Positions 1 through 11,704 of a stretch of DNA of 64,000 nucleotides are shown here, piece by piece; the first letter of the stretch is position 1, and every line of letters starts with the position of its first letter. The translations under genes were made by a program, and so were the position numbers. The DNA comes from Octopus bimaculoides (taxonomy: Eukaryota). Under the pieces are notes generated by a model that was given only the letters and a program-made list of their open reading frames with translations, had not been told where the DNA came from and did not search any database. Location: contig NC_068990.1 in NCBI RefSeq assembly GCF_001194135.2, positions 36,307,939 to 36,371,938 on the forward strand. The letters are read 5' to 3'.

Positions 1-110
1 TTGGAAGCAAGTGGAGGATGGCGTATAGGAAGGGCATTAAGCCACAGAAAATCAGCTTCAACTAATTCCATCTGATCCATGCAAGCAAGGAAAAAGGAAA
101 ATGATGTACA
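1..110 (+). repeat. Fragment of RTE-associated interspersed repeat (GGAAGGGCAT...CCATGCAAGCA motif)
   Basis: Same motifs recur at about 35450, 41900, 45090, 55210-55560 and 60000; the RTE link is recalled, not tested. Confidence 0.5.
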
Positions 111-184
111 TAACATATATCCATACTACGCACACACACATATATATATATACACATGCATACACAATATATATATATATGTTG

Positions 185-319
185 AACTGTGATTAATAGG
201 AGATGACTGGAGGCTGAACCTTGATGTACTCCTATCATTGTGTTAAATTCATCACTGATATTTGTGCTGGCTTTCACTTGCCTTACTGCATCTGTGTATA
301 TAACTTGTGCAGTCCTCAC
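185..319 (-). mobile_element. RTE-clade LINE reverse transcriptase fragment
   Basis: Translation ...SDEFNTMIGVHQGSASSHLLLITV matches the RTE RT motif VGVHQGSVLSPLLF. Confidence 0.7.
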
Positions 320-879
320 AAACCATTCATCTACACATACTTTCCTTAGTGACCACTAAATATATATATATTCTTATTTTCAATGAGAATTTTACTTGTG
401 AATCCATACCTATGGATTCATCAGCTGGAACCAGTTCAACTGATTCTAAGTGTATGTGGATAAAGATACAATATCCTTTCTACTATAGGTNNNNNNNNNN
501 NNNNNNNNNNNNNNNNNNNNNNNNNNNNNNNNNNNNNNNNNNNNNNNNNNNNNNNNNNNNNNNNNNNNNNNNNNNNNNNNNNNNNNNNNNNNNNNNNNNN
601 NNNNNNNNNNNNNNNNNNNNNNNNNNNNNNNNNNNNNNNNNNNNNNNNNNNNNNAACATCAACAGCTCTTAGGTCTAAATTCCTCTCTCTCTCTCTCCCA
701 TATTCTGTTAATTCATTTTTCTCCTTGGGCAAGTATACTATCATACTACATATATATATATATATATATAGTTCATATATATAGTATGATAGTATACTTG
801 CCCAAGGAGAAAAATGAATTAACAGAATATGGGAGAGAGAGAGAGAGAGGAATTTAGACCTAAGAGCTGTTGATGTTGT

Positions 880-1012
880 AATTTTATCCACTGAGACCGA
901 CTTTCAGGGTCGATGAAATAAGTACCAGTTGACTATTGGGGAGGGGGAGGCGATGTAACCAACTAGCCCCCTCCACCAAGAATTTCAGGCCTTGTACCTA
1001 TAGTAGAAAGGA
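880..1012 (+). mobile_element. SINE family C (central CCTTTCATCC...GGGTCGATAAAATAAGTACC domain), 3' part
   Basis: GGGTCGATGAAATAAGTACCAGTTGA and tail TTTCAGGCCTTGTACCTATAGTAGAAAGG shared with more than 10 copies in the window. Confidence 0.75.
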
Positions 1013-1129
1013 TATTGTATCTTTATCCACATACACTTAGAATCAGTTGAACTGGTTCCAGCTGATGAATCCATAGGTATGGATTCACAAGTAAAATTCT
1101 CATTGAAAATAAGAATACAGCAAGCAGTC

Positions 1130-1260
1130 TTCAAAGTCAACATGGTAATGGAGGATATAAAGGTAAGAAAATAAGCTAGACCATCAGGTGAGAAATAGTT
1201 GTAGAAATGTTGAAGATATCCAGCAAAGTAGGACAAAACTCTGGTCACTCACATAATTAA
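1130..1260 (+). mobile_element. RTE-clade LINE fragment (pre-RT region)
   Basis: Degenerate translation K*ARPSGEIVVEMLKISSKVG resembles RTE KAPGPSGITAEMLKISG. Confidence 0.5.
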
Positions 1261-2606
1261 TCAGGTAGTCTATACTAGGAGGGTGCCATTGTCAAAACCA
1301 GTGAGGCAGTTTCATCATTAACTGTTAGAAAATAAAGGAGATGATCGAGAAACAAGTAACAGTAGTGGCATCAAAGAGATTGACCAGTTATAAAAGTAAC
1401 AGAAACAACCAGAGCTTAAATGAAATGTAAAGAGTACCACTGATGTCTATGACTATTCCATGGACTGCAAGATTGGTAGGAAGAAATATACTCAGAGTGG
1501 AGAATTGAACCAAGTGCTTGCAGTAGAACAAACTCCGCTAAAGAACTCCAAAAACCTATGCTGGGTGTTAAACTGAGTAGCTTGCCAATAACAACAGCAG
1601 CCCTTCCTATGGGCTACCATAAAGTTTATGCCGAGGAAATTTCACTCATAACCTGAGATTTTGGTAAAAGACATTAACTCTGCTGCACCATCGGATTGAA
1701 TTAAAAAACCACAAAATGAAGAAGAAATCTTAACCACACATTCATGCTTCAACACAACCGAACTAGTAAAGGAACTGGTTTTCTAAAATTCTATGCAAAT
1801 TTAAACCCGAAGTAGAGAGGACATGGACATTATCACAGGCATCAGACATTAAAAAAATAAACAAATACGGACAGCTAAGGTCTCAGACCTTAAAAAAGAG
1901 AACTCAATGATTTAATGTTTTAAACGAATAAAATATTTCAGGTTATCATTTTTGTCTACATTTCATACTAATTTCTCCTTTAATATGTAATGAGTGGAGC
2001 TCTTTAAGAACGGTCCATTGAGTTTCAAACTGAATGACCACTAGAAACGTAGGGAATTCAATTAGAATTCATTTTGTTTCACGTGTTATTATTGTCCTTA
2101 CTACATGTAAGTACAAACGTTTAACAAATAAACAGACACAGCTTTTATAATAACACTTTCACTAGTTAAGTAAAATAATGAACAACCTAACACTTGCTCC
2201 TCGACAATATCCATAGTTAATAATAGTGTGTATTAGGGCAGAGGTCCAAATGTACGCATGTGTAAGAAAATCAAACAATATGTTTAAGATATATACACTC
2301 TCGGTGTGAAAATGTAAATGGGTAAACAGGAGTTTCGGGCAGTTTAAAAAGTGAATATCATCCTATAAAATATATGTTTATAAACACACACACACACACA
2401 CATATATATATATGCGTGTATGTATATATAAATTTAAATGACCAGGTTAATTGTATTAAGAATAAACACCAAAGAAAACGGAGTATACATAAATTAAATG
2501 CCTATATATATGAGCGCATATATATATATGTATATATGTATATAGAAGGAGTCTCTACATACCTTCATATATATATACATTTGTGTGAAATAAATCTAAT
2601 AGTTAC

Positions 2607-2699
2607 TTTATAGCTGGGATAAACCAGTATTCCCTTGGTAACAACATCAACATCTGTTCTGGTCGTGTTGAACAGGACAGGGAAAACATTGAAGAGTTA
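2607..2699 (-). CDS. Candidate 93-bp internal exon (NSSMFSLSCSTRPEQMLMLLPREYWFIPAI), product unknown
   Basis: Minus-strand acceptor TTGACTTTTACTTCTCAACTTAG, donor AA|GTAACT, length divisible by 3, one open frame; no homology recognised. Confidence 0.3.
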
Positions 2700-3318
2700 C
2701 TAAGTTGAGAAGTAAAAGTCAATCAGAGTGAACTCCCTTGCATCAGATTGTATATTTTATATATTTATTTATGCAGTCGTTGTCTTTTATTATTTTCTCT
2801 TTCTTTCTCCCTCTCTCTCTCTCTAGTTATTATTTCTTTTACTTTCCGTTTCACCTTCCTTTCTTTCTCTTTCTCTCAATATTGTCTTACAGACTTTCTT
2901 TTCCATTCGATTCTTTTCGCTTTTACTTTCCCCTCTCTATTTACTTGCCTCTTTTCAATTCTCTCTTTTTCTTTTTCTATATCCTCTACTTTCCGCTTCT
3001 TTTCTATATTTTCAGTTTCGCACACCAGTTCTGAATATTTTTGAAAATTGCGATACGTATGTAGTTTTTCATGATAATTACGAAAATCATGTTTTACGAG
3101 AGATTAAAACTAAAGAAGTTATGTAACTTTAAAAATTAAAATTTTGGGTAATTTCAAGCTTGTCTGTCATATGTGACAATTTCGAAACGCCGAAATACAG
3201 AACTCAAATTTACACGCTAAGTTTCTCTTTCTTTCTTTCTTTCTTTTTTTTTTTTTGTCTAAGGAGACTATACGTGTTTGAAGATGAAACACATTTAGTG
3301 AAAAATTATGAAATAAGA

Positions 3319-3704
3319 GCAGGAGTGGCTGTGTGGTAAGTAGCTTGCTTACCAACCACATGGTCCGGGTTCAGTCCCACTGCGTGGCACCTTAGGCAAG
3401 TGTCTTCTACTATAGCCTCGGGTCGACCAAAGCCTTGTGAGTGGATTTGGTAGACGGAAACTGAAAGAAGCCCGTCGTGTATATATATATGTGTGTGTGT
3501 TTGTGTTTGTCCCCCCAACATCGCTTGACAACCGATGCTGTTGTGTTTACGTCCCCGTAACCTAGTGGTTCGGCAAAAAGAGACCGATAGAATAAGTACT
3601 AGGCTTACAAAGAATAAGTCGTGGGGTCGATTTTCTCGACTAAAGGCGGTGCTCCAGCATGGCCGCAGTCAAATGACTGAAACAAGTAATGGAGTAAAAG
3701 AATA
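3319..3704 (+). mobile_element. SINE family B (tRNA-derived, CORE-like; resembles octopus OR2), full length
   Basis: A box TGGCTGTGTGGT, B box GGTTCAGTCCC, CORE-like CCTTAGGCAAGTGTCTT, tail CAGTCAAATGACTGAAACAAG; multiple copies in the window. Confidence 0.85.
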
Positions 3705-3799
3705 ATTAAAACGTAATGCGGCCTTTTTAAAGACGAAGAACGTTTAATGAATGAAAATGTAACAATACACTGAATTAATTTATGGATACTGAAATTTAG

Positions 3800-4051
3800 T
3801 GATGCACTGCAATAGTCTCCGAAATGGGTTGTAGGTCACATTTATTGTGTCCGCGCCGCCCTGTATACTTGTAAATGTAAAAATCTATCATAGAACGGAG
3901 TTTCATATCGCTCATTTGTTGTTGTTTTTTTTAGAAGTTCCGCGTGCTTTCCATCTTTTAAGTTCATAAATTCGACGCTGTGATTCACTGTTCTATGCTT
4001 AAAGTCGTAGCATGACATCTTTAGGATGTGTGAATATGTGTCACAAATCAC
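3800..4051 (-). pseudogene. Possible Merlin/IS1595 (ISXO2-like) transposase remnant
   Basis: ORF 3842-4051 contains DTYSHILKMSCYDFKHRTVNHSVEFMNLKDGKH, fitting the D..Y..L....H.TVNHS..F....G.H motif; short and apparently deleted. Confidence 0.45.
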
Positions 4052-4079
4052 AATAGGATTAAGCCGCTGGCTTGCATAC

Positions 4080-4147
4080 GTTGTTATGGAAACAAGGTAG
4101 TTTCGACTTCCGCTGTGTTATAAATACCAGTATCATCTGATTGGCTG
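4080..4147. promoter_or_regulatory. Promoter-like motif cluster: RFX X-box, ETS site, TATA-like element, NF-Y CCAAT box
   Basis: GTTGTTATGGAAAC 4080-4093; CGGAAGT (minus) 4106-4112; TATAAATA 4119-4126; AGCCAATCAG (minus) 4137-4146; CpG-retaining non-repeat context. Confidence 0.55.
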
Positions 4148-4455
4148 AATTTGTTTTTAATTTAAAAGGTATCTAATTTCTTAGCTTTAGTTTCGGGAAA
4201 GAAGTTACGATTTTCTTAATAAGCATAAAAGATCTACATTTGTGTAGAAACTTTCAAAAACTTTCAATCTGTTGAGAGAAATCAAAAAGACATGGACACA
4301 CTGTACAGTTGCCCGTAGGGCCTGTGAGTCTGGGGATCCAATCCTAATGTATACATGCAGTAGTTATCTGTAGAGGACCTAGTGCATTGCTTCTCCCGTT
4401 TGTGGCTATAATACTTTTAACATGGCTCTCCCAAGACTGCAATATTGTTAATGAG

Positions 4456-4621
4456 AAAGCCAGGCTCAAGGTACTTGTAACTCGGGCAATCACCCGAGGC
4501 ACCGTGTGCTAGGGGGCGCCAAGAAGGACGCGACAAAGACAAGAAAATTTCCACGACCGTCTGCTTGTGCACGCCGAAGTTCAGCTTGTCCGGGGCGCCA
4601 GCAACCCTGGGGCTGGTCCTG
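4456..4621. mobile_element. GC-rich MITE-like insertion (hAT-type, 8-bp TSD)
   Basis: TTAATGAG at 4448-4455 and 4622-4629; degenerate terminal similarity; two GGGGCGCCA motifs. Confidence 0.45.
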
Positions 4622-5411
4622 TTAATGAGAAGAAGTATAGGAAGCCAGACCAGCTCATCATAAGTGAATTTCTGCAGATGTCACAGACTCAGCGCATTCA
4701 TACGGCACATTAGTTATTACCTATCAAAGCCTTTCTGCAGGCACTATTGGCAGCATGGAAGGGACCTCTGACAGGGAAAACACAACGCTTCCAAACAAAC
4801 AAAAAGGGAGAAAAAAAAAAAGAAAGAGCAACGCTCTGATCTGTTCCCATGTAAACTGGGTGGGGAGTTATAATGGTGAAGTGATATGATATAGAGGCAA
4901 AGTAGGTATTTGTACCTCTCTCTAATCTTTCAAAAATATTCTCCTCTCAGCTCCAATTTTGGAAGACTGGTGTCCATACTTCTAATCCCGTGCATCCAAG
5001 TTTATATACATCTAGAGGTCTGGACAGAACCGGACCCAAACACAGCACCTTAAACAGATACTACTGAAGGCCAGCTGTCATGAACTTGCCTCACCAGCAG
5101 CCGAGTTACAGACCAACCGATTTGTCCTGTTTAATACGTCTTCTTGTTCAACTTCATTTTATTTCAGCATGATGCTAACCACTTCAACTTCCGAGGTGTT
5201 CGACAGTAATCGCGTCCCCTTGCTTCCAATTTGAGTGAAATAATCCTCGACACTTTCAGCTTCTACTGTTGCAGCTCAAGAGCCGTGATGTACTAAAGCA
5301 ATGGGAGATGACACTTTCGATAGAACAAGTACGGGATGCTAAGTGGTTCCAAATGGTCGCTGCTTATAGTGAACACGGAGTAGCTCTCGCTGTATAATAC
5401 AGTGATAATAA

Positions 5412-5992
5412 TTGTTGTTGTTGGTACTCCGTCGCTTACGACGTCGAGGGTTCCAGTTGATCCGATCAACAGAACAGCCTGCTCGTGAAATTAACGTGCA
5501 AGTGGCTGAGCACTCCACAGGCACGTGTACCCTTAACGTAGTTCTAGGGGATATTCAGCGTGACACAGTGTGACAAGGCTGACCCTTCGAATTACAGGCA
5601 CAACAGAAACAGGAAGTAAGAGTGAGAGAAAGCTGTGGTGAAAGAGTACAGCAGAGTTCGCCACCATCCCCTGCCGGAGCCTNNNNNNNNNNCAAGTGGC
5701 TGAGCACTCCACAGGCACGTGTACCCTTAACGTAGTTCTAGGGGATATTCAGCGTGACACAGTGTGACAAGGCTGACCCTTCGAATTACAGGCACAACAG
5801 AAACAGGAAGTAAGAGTGAGAGAAAGCTGTGGTGAAAGAGTACAGCAGAGTTCGCCACCATCCCCTGCCGGAGCCTCATGGAGCTTTAGGTGTGTTCACT
5901 CAATAAACACTCACAACGCCCGGTCTGGGAATCGAAACCGCGATCCTATGACCGCGAGTCCGCTGCCCTAACCACTGGGCCATTGCGCCTCC
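5412..5992 (-). mobile_element. SINE family A (tRNA-Arg-like head; resembles octopus OR1), with an assembly duplication around a 10-N gap
   Basis: Head GGAGGCGCAATGGCCCAGTGGTTAGGGCAGCGGACTCG, B box GGTTTCGATTCCC, (CAA)n tail. Confidence 0.85.
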
Positions 5993-6174
5993 ACGGTGAT
6001 GATAATAATAATAATAATAATATAGATTTCTAACTTTGGCATAATAAAGCTAAATATATCAAAGAATATTCTGCATTATTCACAAGTTCATAAATATCGA
6101 TCATTGCTATTATATGAGTTATTTCCCTTGCTTGTTTTCATCGAATTTTTAAACATGCTTAATGGGAGTTTTTA

Positions 6175-6390
6175 TATTGGTTTCAAATTTTGGCACAATG
6201 CCAACAGGCTCGGGTGGTGGGGAGGCGTAAGTTGATTACATCAACCCCGTGCTCGACTGGTATTTATTTTATCGACCCCATAAGGATGAGAAGTAAAGTC
6301 GACCTCGGTGGAATTTGAACTCAGAACGAAAAGACGGGCAAAATACCATTAAGTATATTGTCCGGCGTGCTAACGATTCGCCATTTTGGA
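6175..6390 (-). mobile_element. SINE family C
   Basis: ATCGACCCC...GTAAAGTCGACCTCGGTGGAATTTGAACTC; B box GAGTTCAAATTCC on the minus strand. Confidence 0.8.
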
Positions 6391-7699
6391 GAGTTCCTTT
6401 TTTTTTTATTAACTGCTTGGATAATCTTTGATGCTCAAGTTTTTCAATTCACTATCATACATGTTAAACCCTACCGTACTGAATAAAGATTTACTGTTTT
6501 ACATGCTATGATTATTTTGTCGACTGCTGAGGGAAATTTGGCTTCAATTCGGGAAAAATATTAGCTATTATCTCAGAAATAATCACCATGAGAACTGAAC
6601 AAAATGGATGAAGATACTGACAAGTGCTCGTGTAACAAATGTATTCACTTAGTTAAATGCTATTACTCTTTACCTAAAATGAGTTATGTATTTTCAGCAT
6701 TTGCACTGACCATCGCGTGTAAACACAGTAACAAACACAAAGGAAATAATACCAAATTCAAACCAAAACTAAACAGGACAAACAACACAAACAAACGATT
6801 CATAATTTAACACACTGTTAAAAGAGAAACACGTATTTTGAATCCGATGCATAAATATTGGGGAAATTGGGGTGTGAAAAATGCTGTATTGCCAGAAATG
6901 AATAAATTAATACAAGACAAAATTGATGACAATCCAAATAAATTGCCGGCCTCTACTGTCGGAAACCTGGGAGTAAAACAAAGACAATGAATAAATTATC
7001 AAAAGATGAATGCGTTTCCATACTAGATGCGAAGAATATCACAATATATACGTATAATAACTGGAGAGAAAATAATTTTAATCTAGGAGTAACTCGGAAT
7101 CCAAACAAAGAAATACAAACGGAAATACAATGAGCAATAAGCAAAACACAAAGAATGAAACTAAAAACATCAAAATTATAACTATTGAGAACATAAATCA
7201 AAAAGACAGGATTTAGGGCAAGCAAAACAAAAAAAAATAATAATATAGCGACAATCCAGAATCTCTTGAGAATATGAATCAATGAATAGAGAACCGAATG
7301 ATCACTTATGAAAATTCGAATACAAGAAAATATGGGAAAGCCGTAAGATGGACATTTTCAATATCAAAGTAATCTAAAAATGGAAATAGTTGAAGAATTA
7401 AAATTGATACAGGGTCTTTCTCTAGGTTAAAGAAGGTTACTACAGAAAACAAACAAAAAAGTTTGCGTAAAAACAAAAACAATAGCAAAAACACCAAAGA
7501 GAAATACAAAATTAGCCATCAAAGATCTGCTGTAAACAGATATATCAATATCATCAAGATAAAACAAATTTATCTATGTAGGAATTACATGAGTCATAAA
7601 GGAAACTTAACACTTCAGAAAAACTTCAAATATAGAAGCAACAACTAAAACTTTTAGAAAATAAAAGAAAATATTATTTAATCTTTAATGATGGTGACT

Positions 7700-8057
7700 G
7701 GAGGCGCAATGGCCCAGTGGTTAGGGCAGTGGACTCGCGGTCATAGGATCGCGGTTTTGCGTTGTGAGTGTTTATTGAGCGAAAACACCTAAAGCTCCAC
7801 GAGGCTCCGGCAGGGGATGGTGGCGAACCCTGCTGTACTCTTTCACCACAACTTTCTCTCACTCTTACTTCCTGTTTCTGTTGTGCCTGTAATTCAAAGG
7901 GTCAGCCTTGTCACACTGTGTCACGCTAAATATCCTCGAGAACTACGTTAAGGGTACACGTGCCTGTGGAGTGCTCAGCCACTTGCACGTTAATTTCACG
8001 AGCAGGCTGTTCCGTTGATCGGATCAACTGGAACCCTTGACGTCGTGCCAACAACAA
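7700..8057 (+). mobile_element. SINE family A with 12-bp TSD and deleted B box
   Basis: TSD AATGATGGTGAC at 7687-7698 and 8056-8067; CGCGGTTTTGCGTTG lacks the B-box segment present in the 5412-5992 copy. Confidence 0.9.
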
Positions 8058-8079
8058 TGATGGTGACAAAAATAAAACT

Positions 8080-8890
8080 GATCAATTTTCAAGCTGTCGT
8101 CTACTTTCTGCGAGTGCAAAAGTCTCGTGGGACTAGACTGATGCTCTTCTTGTGGCCAACTCCGCATCTCTATTGCACTCAGGGTGGGAGCCGACGTTTG
8201 TGGGGGACTGAGATGTCGCTGTGGTAGGTCCCTCGACTCCATAGGTCATCATGCTCTGTCTTGCTGCCAAAATGCTGGTCGTTTCGCTCGTAACACTGAG
8301 TTAAACTTAATCATTAAGCGGGCTTTTGCTCAAGTTAATATCCTCTCAGTTCTGGAGCTGGCGGGATTATCCAGAAGTGATGGGAAGAGACAAGATGGTC
8401 TGATCCTTTGTCCCTGGCTAAGTGGTTGGTGCCTCATCTGGGATTCCACAGTCTGCAACACCTTTACTCTATCCTGCATCCTGGATGCTGAGGTAAATGT
8501 GTGGGTTACTGCTTCTGTAGCTGAACGCAACAAAATCCTTAAGTATCAGAACTTGTCATTGAATTATCTCTTCCAGCCCATGGCGTTTGAGACATTTGGA
8601 GGGGCTGGGCAGCAAACGGCTAAGTTCTTGTCATCATTGGCGGCTCGCCTTACAGAAGTGATGCCCGTGAGGGTGCTTGGCTGTTCCAACACCTTAGCCT
8701 CGCCATCGCCCGTGGCAGTGCCGCGTGCCTGTTAGCTTACTTCAGTAGGTTCCATTGAATCTTGTGGTGTGCAACCAATTGAGGCACTTGGTGTTGAATT
8801 GATGTGCTTTTTTCCTTTCTTCTCTCGATTTTTTTTTCTTTTTCCTTTCCTTTTCTTTCTTTATTCCTCTTTTACCATTTTTATTTTTGG
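8080..8890 (+). mobile_element. CRE-clade non-LTR retrotransposon 3' end (CCHC knuckle + restriction-like endonuclease), frameshifted
   Basis: IALRVGADVC...CRCG...GHHALSC, LE.AGLSRSDGKRQDG...PW..G..LIWDST, KY..L...Y.FQPMAFETFG; frameshift near 8660 restores DAREGAWLFQHLSLAIARGSAA to a stop at 8758; T-rich tail follows. Confidence 0.85.
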
Positions 8891-10269
8891 ATATTGGATT
8901 TAACAGATTCAGGTACGAATTAATTCTAAAGTTGACTGTGTTTAATTCATGGATAAAATAAACTACTATGAACTGTTCCTAAAGAGAAAATTCTGCAGAA
9001 ATACCACATAACTAAAAGAAACTGTACCCAGAATCAAAATGTGATTGAATCAAAAGAACTTTGCTAAATTATTGTTAAAAAAAAAAGGTGACAGTTCTTT
9101 TAACGGAAAATAAATTATTAGTTTCCAATCCAAAACGATTTTGCCAAGAACTATGAAAACAGAAAATAGTGACGCATCTATGCTAAGAGAAGTAAAAGAT
9201 TAGTGAGAGGGCGTATCGTGAATACATGGATTGCAAATGGGCTGGAATTTTTGAAGTAAGAAACACAGCTACAAAACTGATGATAAGAAATATCGAGAAG
9301 AAATAATCCAAGAAATAGGACCAGATTCTACAGAATAAAAACAATTCCAAAACGTCAGGAAATGACAACATATCAAAGATCTGGATAAATTATTTATATT
9401 ACGTCCATGAAGTTCTTAATTTTTTTTTTTTTAAATAATAAGAATGATTTATTGAAAAAAATCCAGAAACAACAACTGACTGATTCAATGAGTAAAAAAA
9501 AGTTGCTTTAATCCTCAAAACTGATGAAGTATTAAACGAAAAAAGAAATGATAAATTTTGAATTTGCTTGCCTAAATTATATAAAACTTTAGCAGTATTA
9601 TCATTGCAAAGGACAAATGCTGTGCTGAAAAATTAAAAAGTAAGCACACTTCTAGAAGTAATGGAAGCGAATCGCTAAGTTCATTTGAATGTAAAGATCG
9701 GTTTTTGATTTAATAGTCGTAGCTGAAGGCTGAAAAAGAAAGATTTGTTTGAGCATGGATCTATCAATTACCAAAAGATTTTAATAGTATCTCTTAACCA
9801 TGGATTCTGGAAGCATTAGCCATGAATAAGTAGTACCAACGATAGCAAAGTACTTCAGATATGCTGTAAATAAATGGTAAATAATTTCACTATACAAGAA
9901 TGAAGCGTTAAAAGGAAACTAATCTCCACTAGATGTAGAATATTCCAAAAAGATTCCTTTTCTCTCTTGTTGGGCTGTCTGACGTTAACACCTTTAATAC
10001 GGGAGAAAAATTGTTATAGTATTATGAACAGTAAATTAAATATATTACCAACGCTAGATAAGAAAACATGGACGTATTTGGAATAGGCCACCCGTAAACC
10101 AACGCTGAAAGATTATATTTACCACGAATGATGATATGGGGATTTTTTGAAACTAGAACAGTTTGACAAAATATTTACTGTAGGATTACAAAAATATCTA
10201 GCAATTTACAGCGGAATTACTGTAAACGGCCGCAAAACAATGAAATTATTTGTTTATTTATTTTTTCAG

Positions 10270-11700
10270 TCATGCCGACTAATATGAAACTCGAGTAGTG
10301 TGAGAAGAAACAATAACATAATATATTAAAAACTGCTGACGACAACACTGCCTCGCCATCACAGAGGAAGGTAGAAGAAAACAGAATTAAAGAAAATCCC
10401 GGCATGTCTGCAGAAGACTATAGCTTTTCAGATATATCGTTGTCCGAGGAGGAGATTTTGGAAGTGGTCCGGAAGATGGACAATAAACTGAAAATGGATA
10501 AAAGGAATTTTGCCGACGTGGCAAAATGTCAGGAGACAGAAATAAATATTGAGGAATTCGGAAGGCATAAAAATAAAATTAGTTTCGAAGTAAAACTGTC
10601 CCCTCCGCAAGGCATACGAAACAGCATAATGGAGAGAACAATTATGTATCGATCCTTTTCGACATGCAAAGGTAAGATCGATATTGTGACTACGGAACAG
10701 GTAGAAAAGGCGCTGAAGCCGATATGGAAAGATATCGTATACTTGGCAAGAGGTCGATATTTGGTGTAGTAGGGGTGAGGTTCCGAAATGCAATATTAGC
10801 GAAAAAACAGGCGGCGTCAACTATCAGGAGTGAAGAAGTGGTGCTTTTGCCCACTTACCGAGGAATGAGAGCTACAAGAATCAGTGTAGAAGGGATCCCA
10901 CCAGAAATTGATGTGGCCTGGGTGGCAGACGCTGTTCTCCTTGAAAATGAAGAAAGCATAGTGGTTCTCCAGGCCACTCAAAAGGATAGCGTAAATTGGA
11001 AGGGACATCTGAACCTGATAGTGAAAGGATCGAATGAAACTCCGGAAAGAATCACCGAGTCAATAATAATAGATGAAACATTAATGACAGTCGGGGACGG
11101 AAGGCAGAGTCCCACGCTGCTTTAAATGTGGCCTACCACATTAGAGCAGACTGTACTACAAAGACCAAAAAAGCAGAAGAGAAACAAACAATATGGAGGA
11201 GGGAAAAGAAAAGAAACCGGTGAGTTCCAGAAAGGAAGAGAGAGTAGCAGAAACAGAGAATAAATAGGAAAAGGCCACAGGAAGAAAGTGGAAGAAGGCA
11301 AATGATTTGAACTGTAAACCCCAACCCACACCCATCCCACTACACCCTCTCAGACCCACCCTTCCCCTGCAGACACCAAGCCTACCCATTCCTATCCGGC
11401 ACAAAAGACAAAAGAAGTCAACCACACACAAAGAAGTTCAAAATCCCTCTCCCAAATCAAAAAAAAAAAAAGGAAAAAGTGTAAAGCCTACATAGTATAT
11501 AATAATGAATTGTTAAATGCGGTGTTATCATGGGATGAGGCAAAAAAAGAAATTGGAACTAGTGGGTACGATAATATTAAGGAGTGGCACAGGTGTGTGT
11601 GCTACCAGCTAAAAAACAGGAAGAAATAATACATACGTTTAAAGAGGGTTACAGTTCATGGGAGTTGGATTACGACTGGGATCTACTTCGAAGTTACACT
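10270..11700 (+). mobile_element. L1/Tx1-like LINE ORF1 (gag-like, zinc knuckle), frameshifted; ORF2 absent
   Basis: ORFs 10404-10769 and 10724-11125 join by frameshift; PTYRGMRATRISVEGIP and GR.PRCFKCGL(..)HIRADC CCHC knuckle at 11118-11153. Confidence 0.7.
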
Positions 11701-11704
11701 GGTT

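Larger units (their letters stand above)
6800..10250 (+). mobile_element. Highly degenerate R4/Dong-like RLE non-LTR retrotransposon relic, interrupted by a SINE and a CRE element
   Basis: Scattered motifs: SKTSGNDNISKIWINYL (~9345), ICLPKLYK (~9560), CKD (~9690), LDKKT...GHP*TNAERLYLPR (~10050-10125); the 5' boundary is a guess from A-rich coding-like bias. Confidence 0.55.

Noticed and set aside
5503-5880. Tandem duplication of about 190 bp of SINE across a 10-N gap (similar cases at 30674-30790, 32925-33510 and 35780-35900)
   Set aside because: Identical sequence on both sides of short N-runs is the signature of unmerged contig overlaps
5900-5992. tRNA-like sequences (also at 3319, 7700, 33500 and 59500)
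   Set aside because: They are SINE heads continuous with SINE bodies and lack a complete acceptor stem
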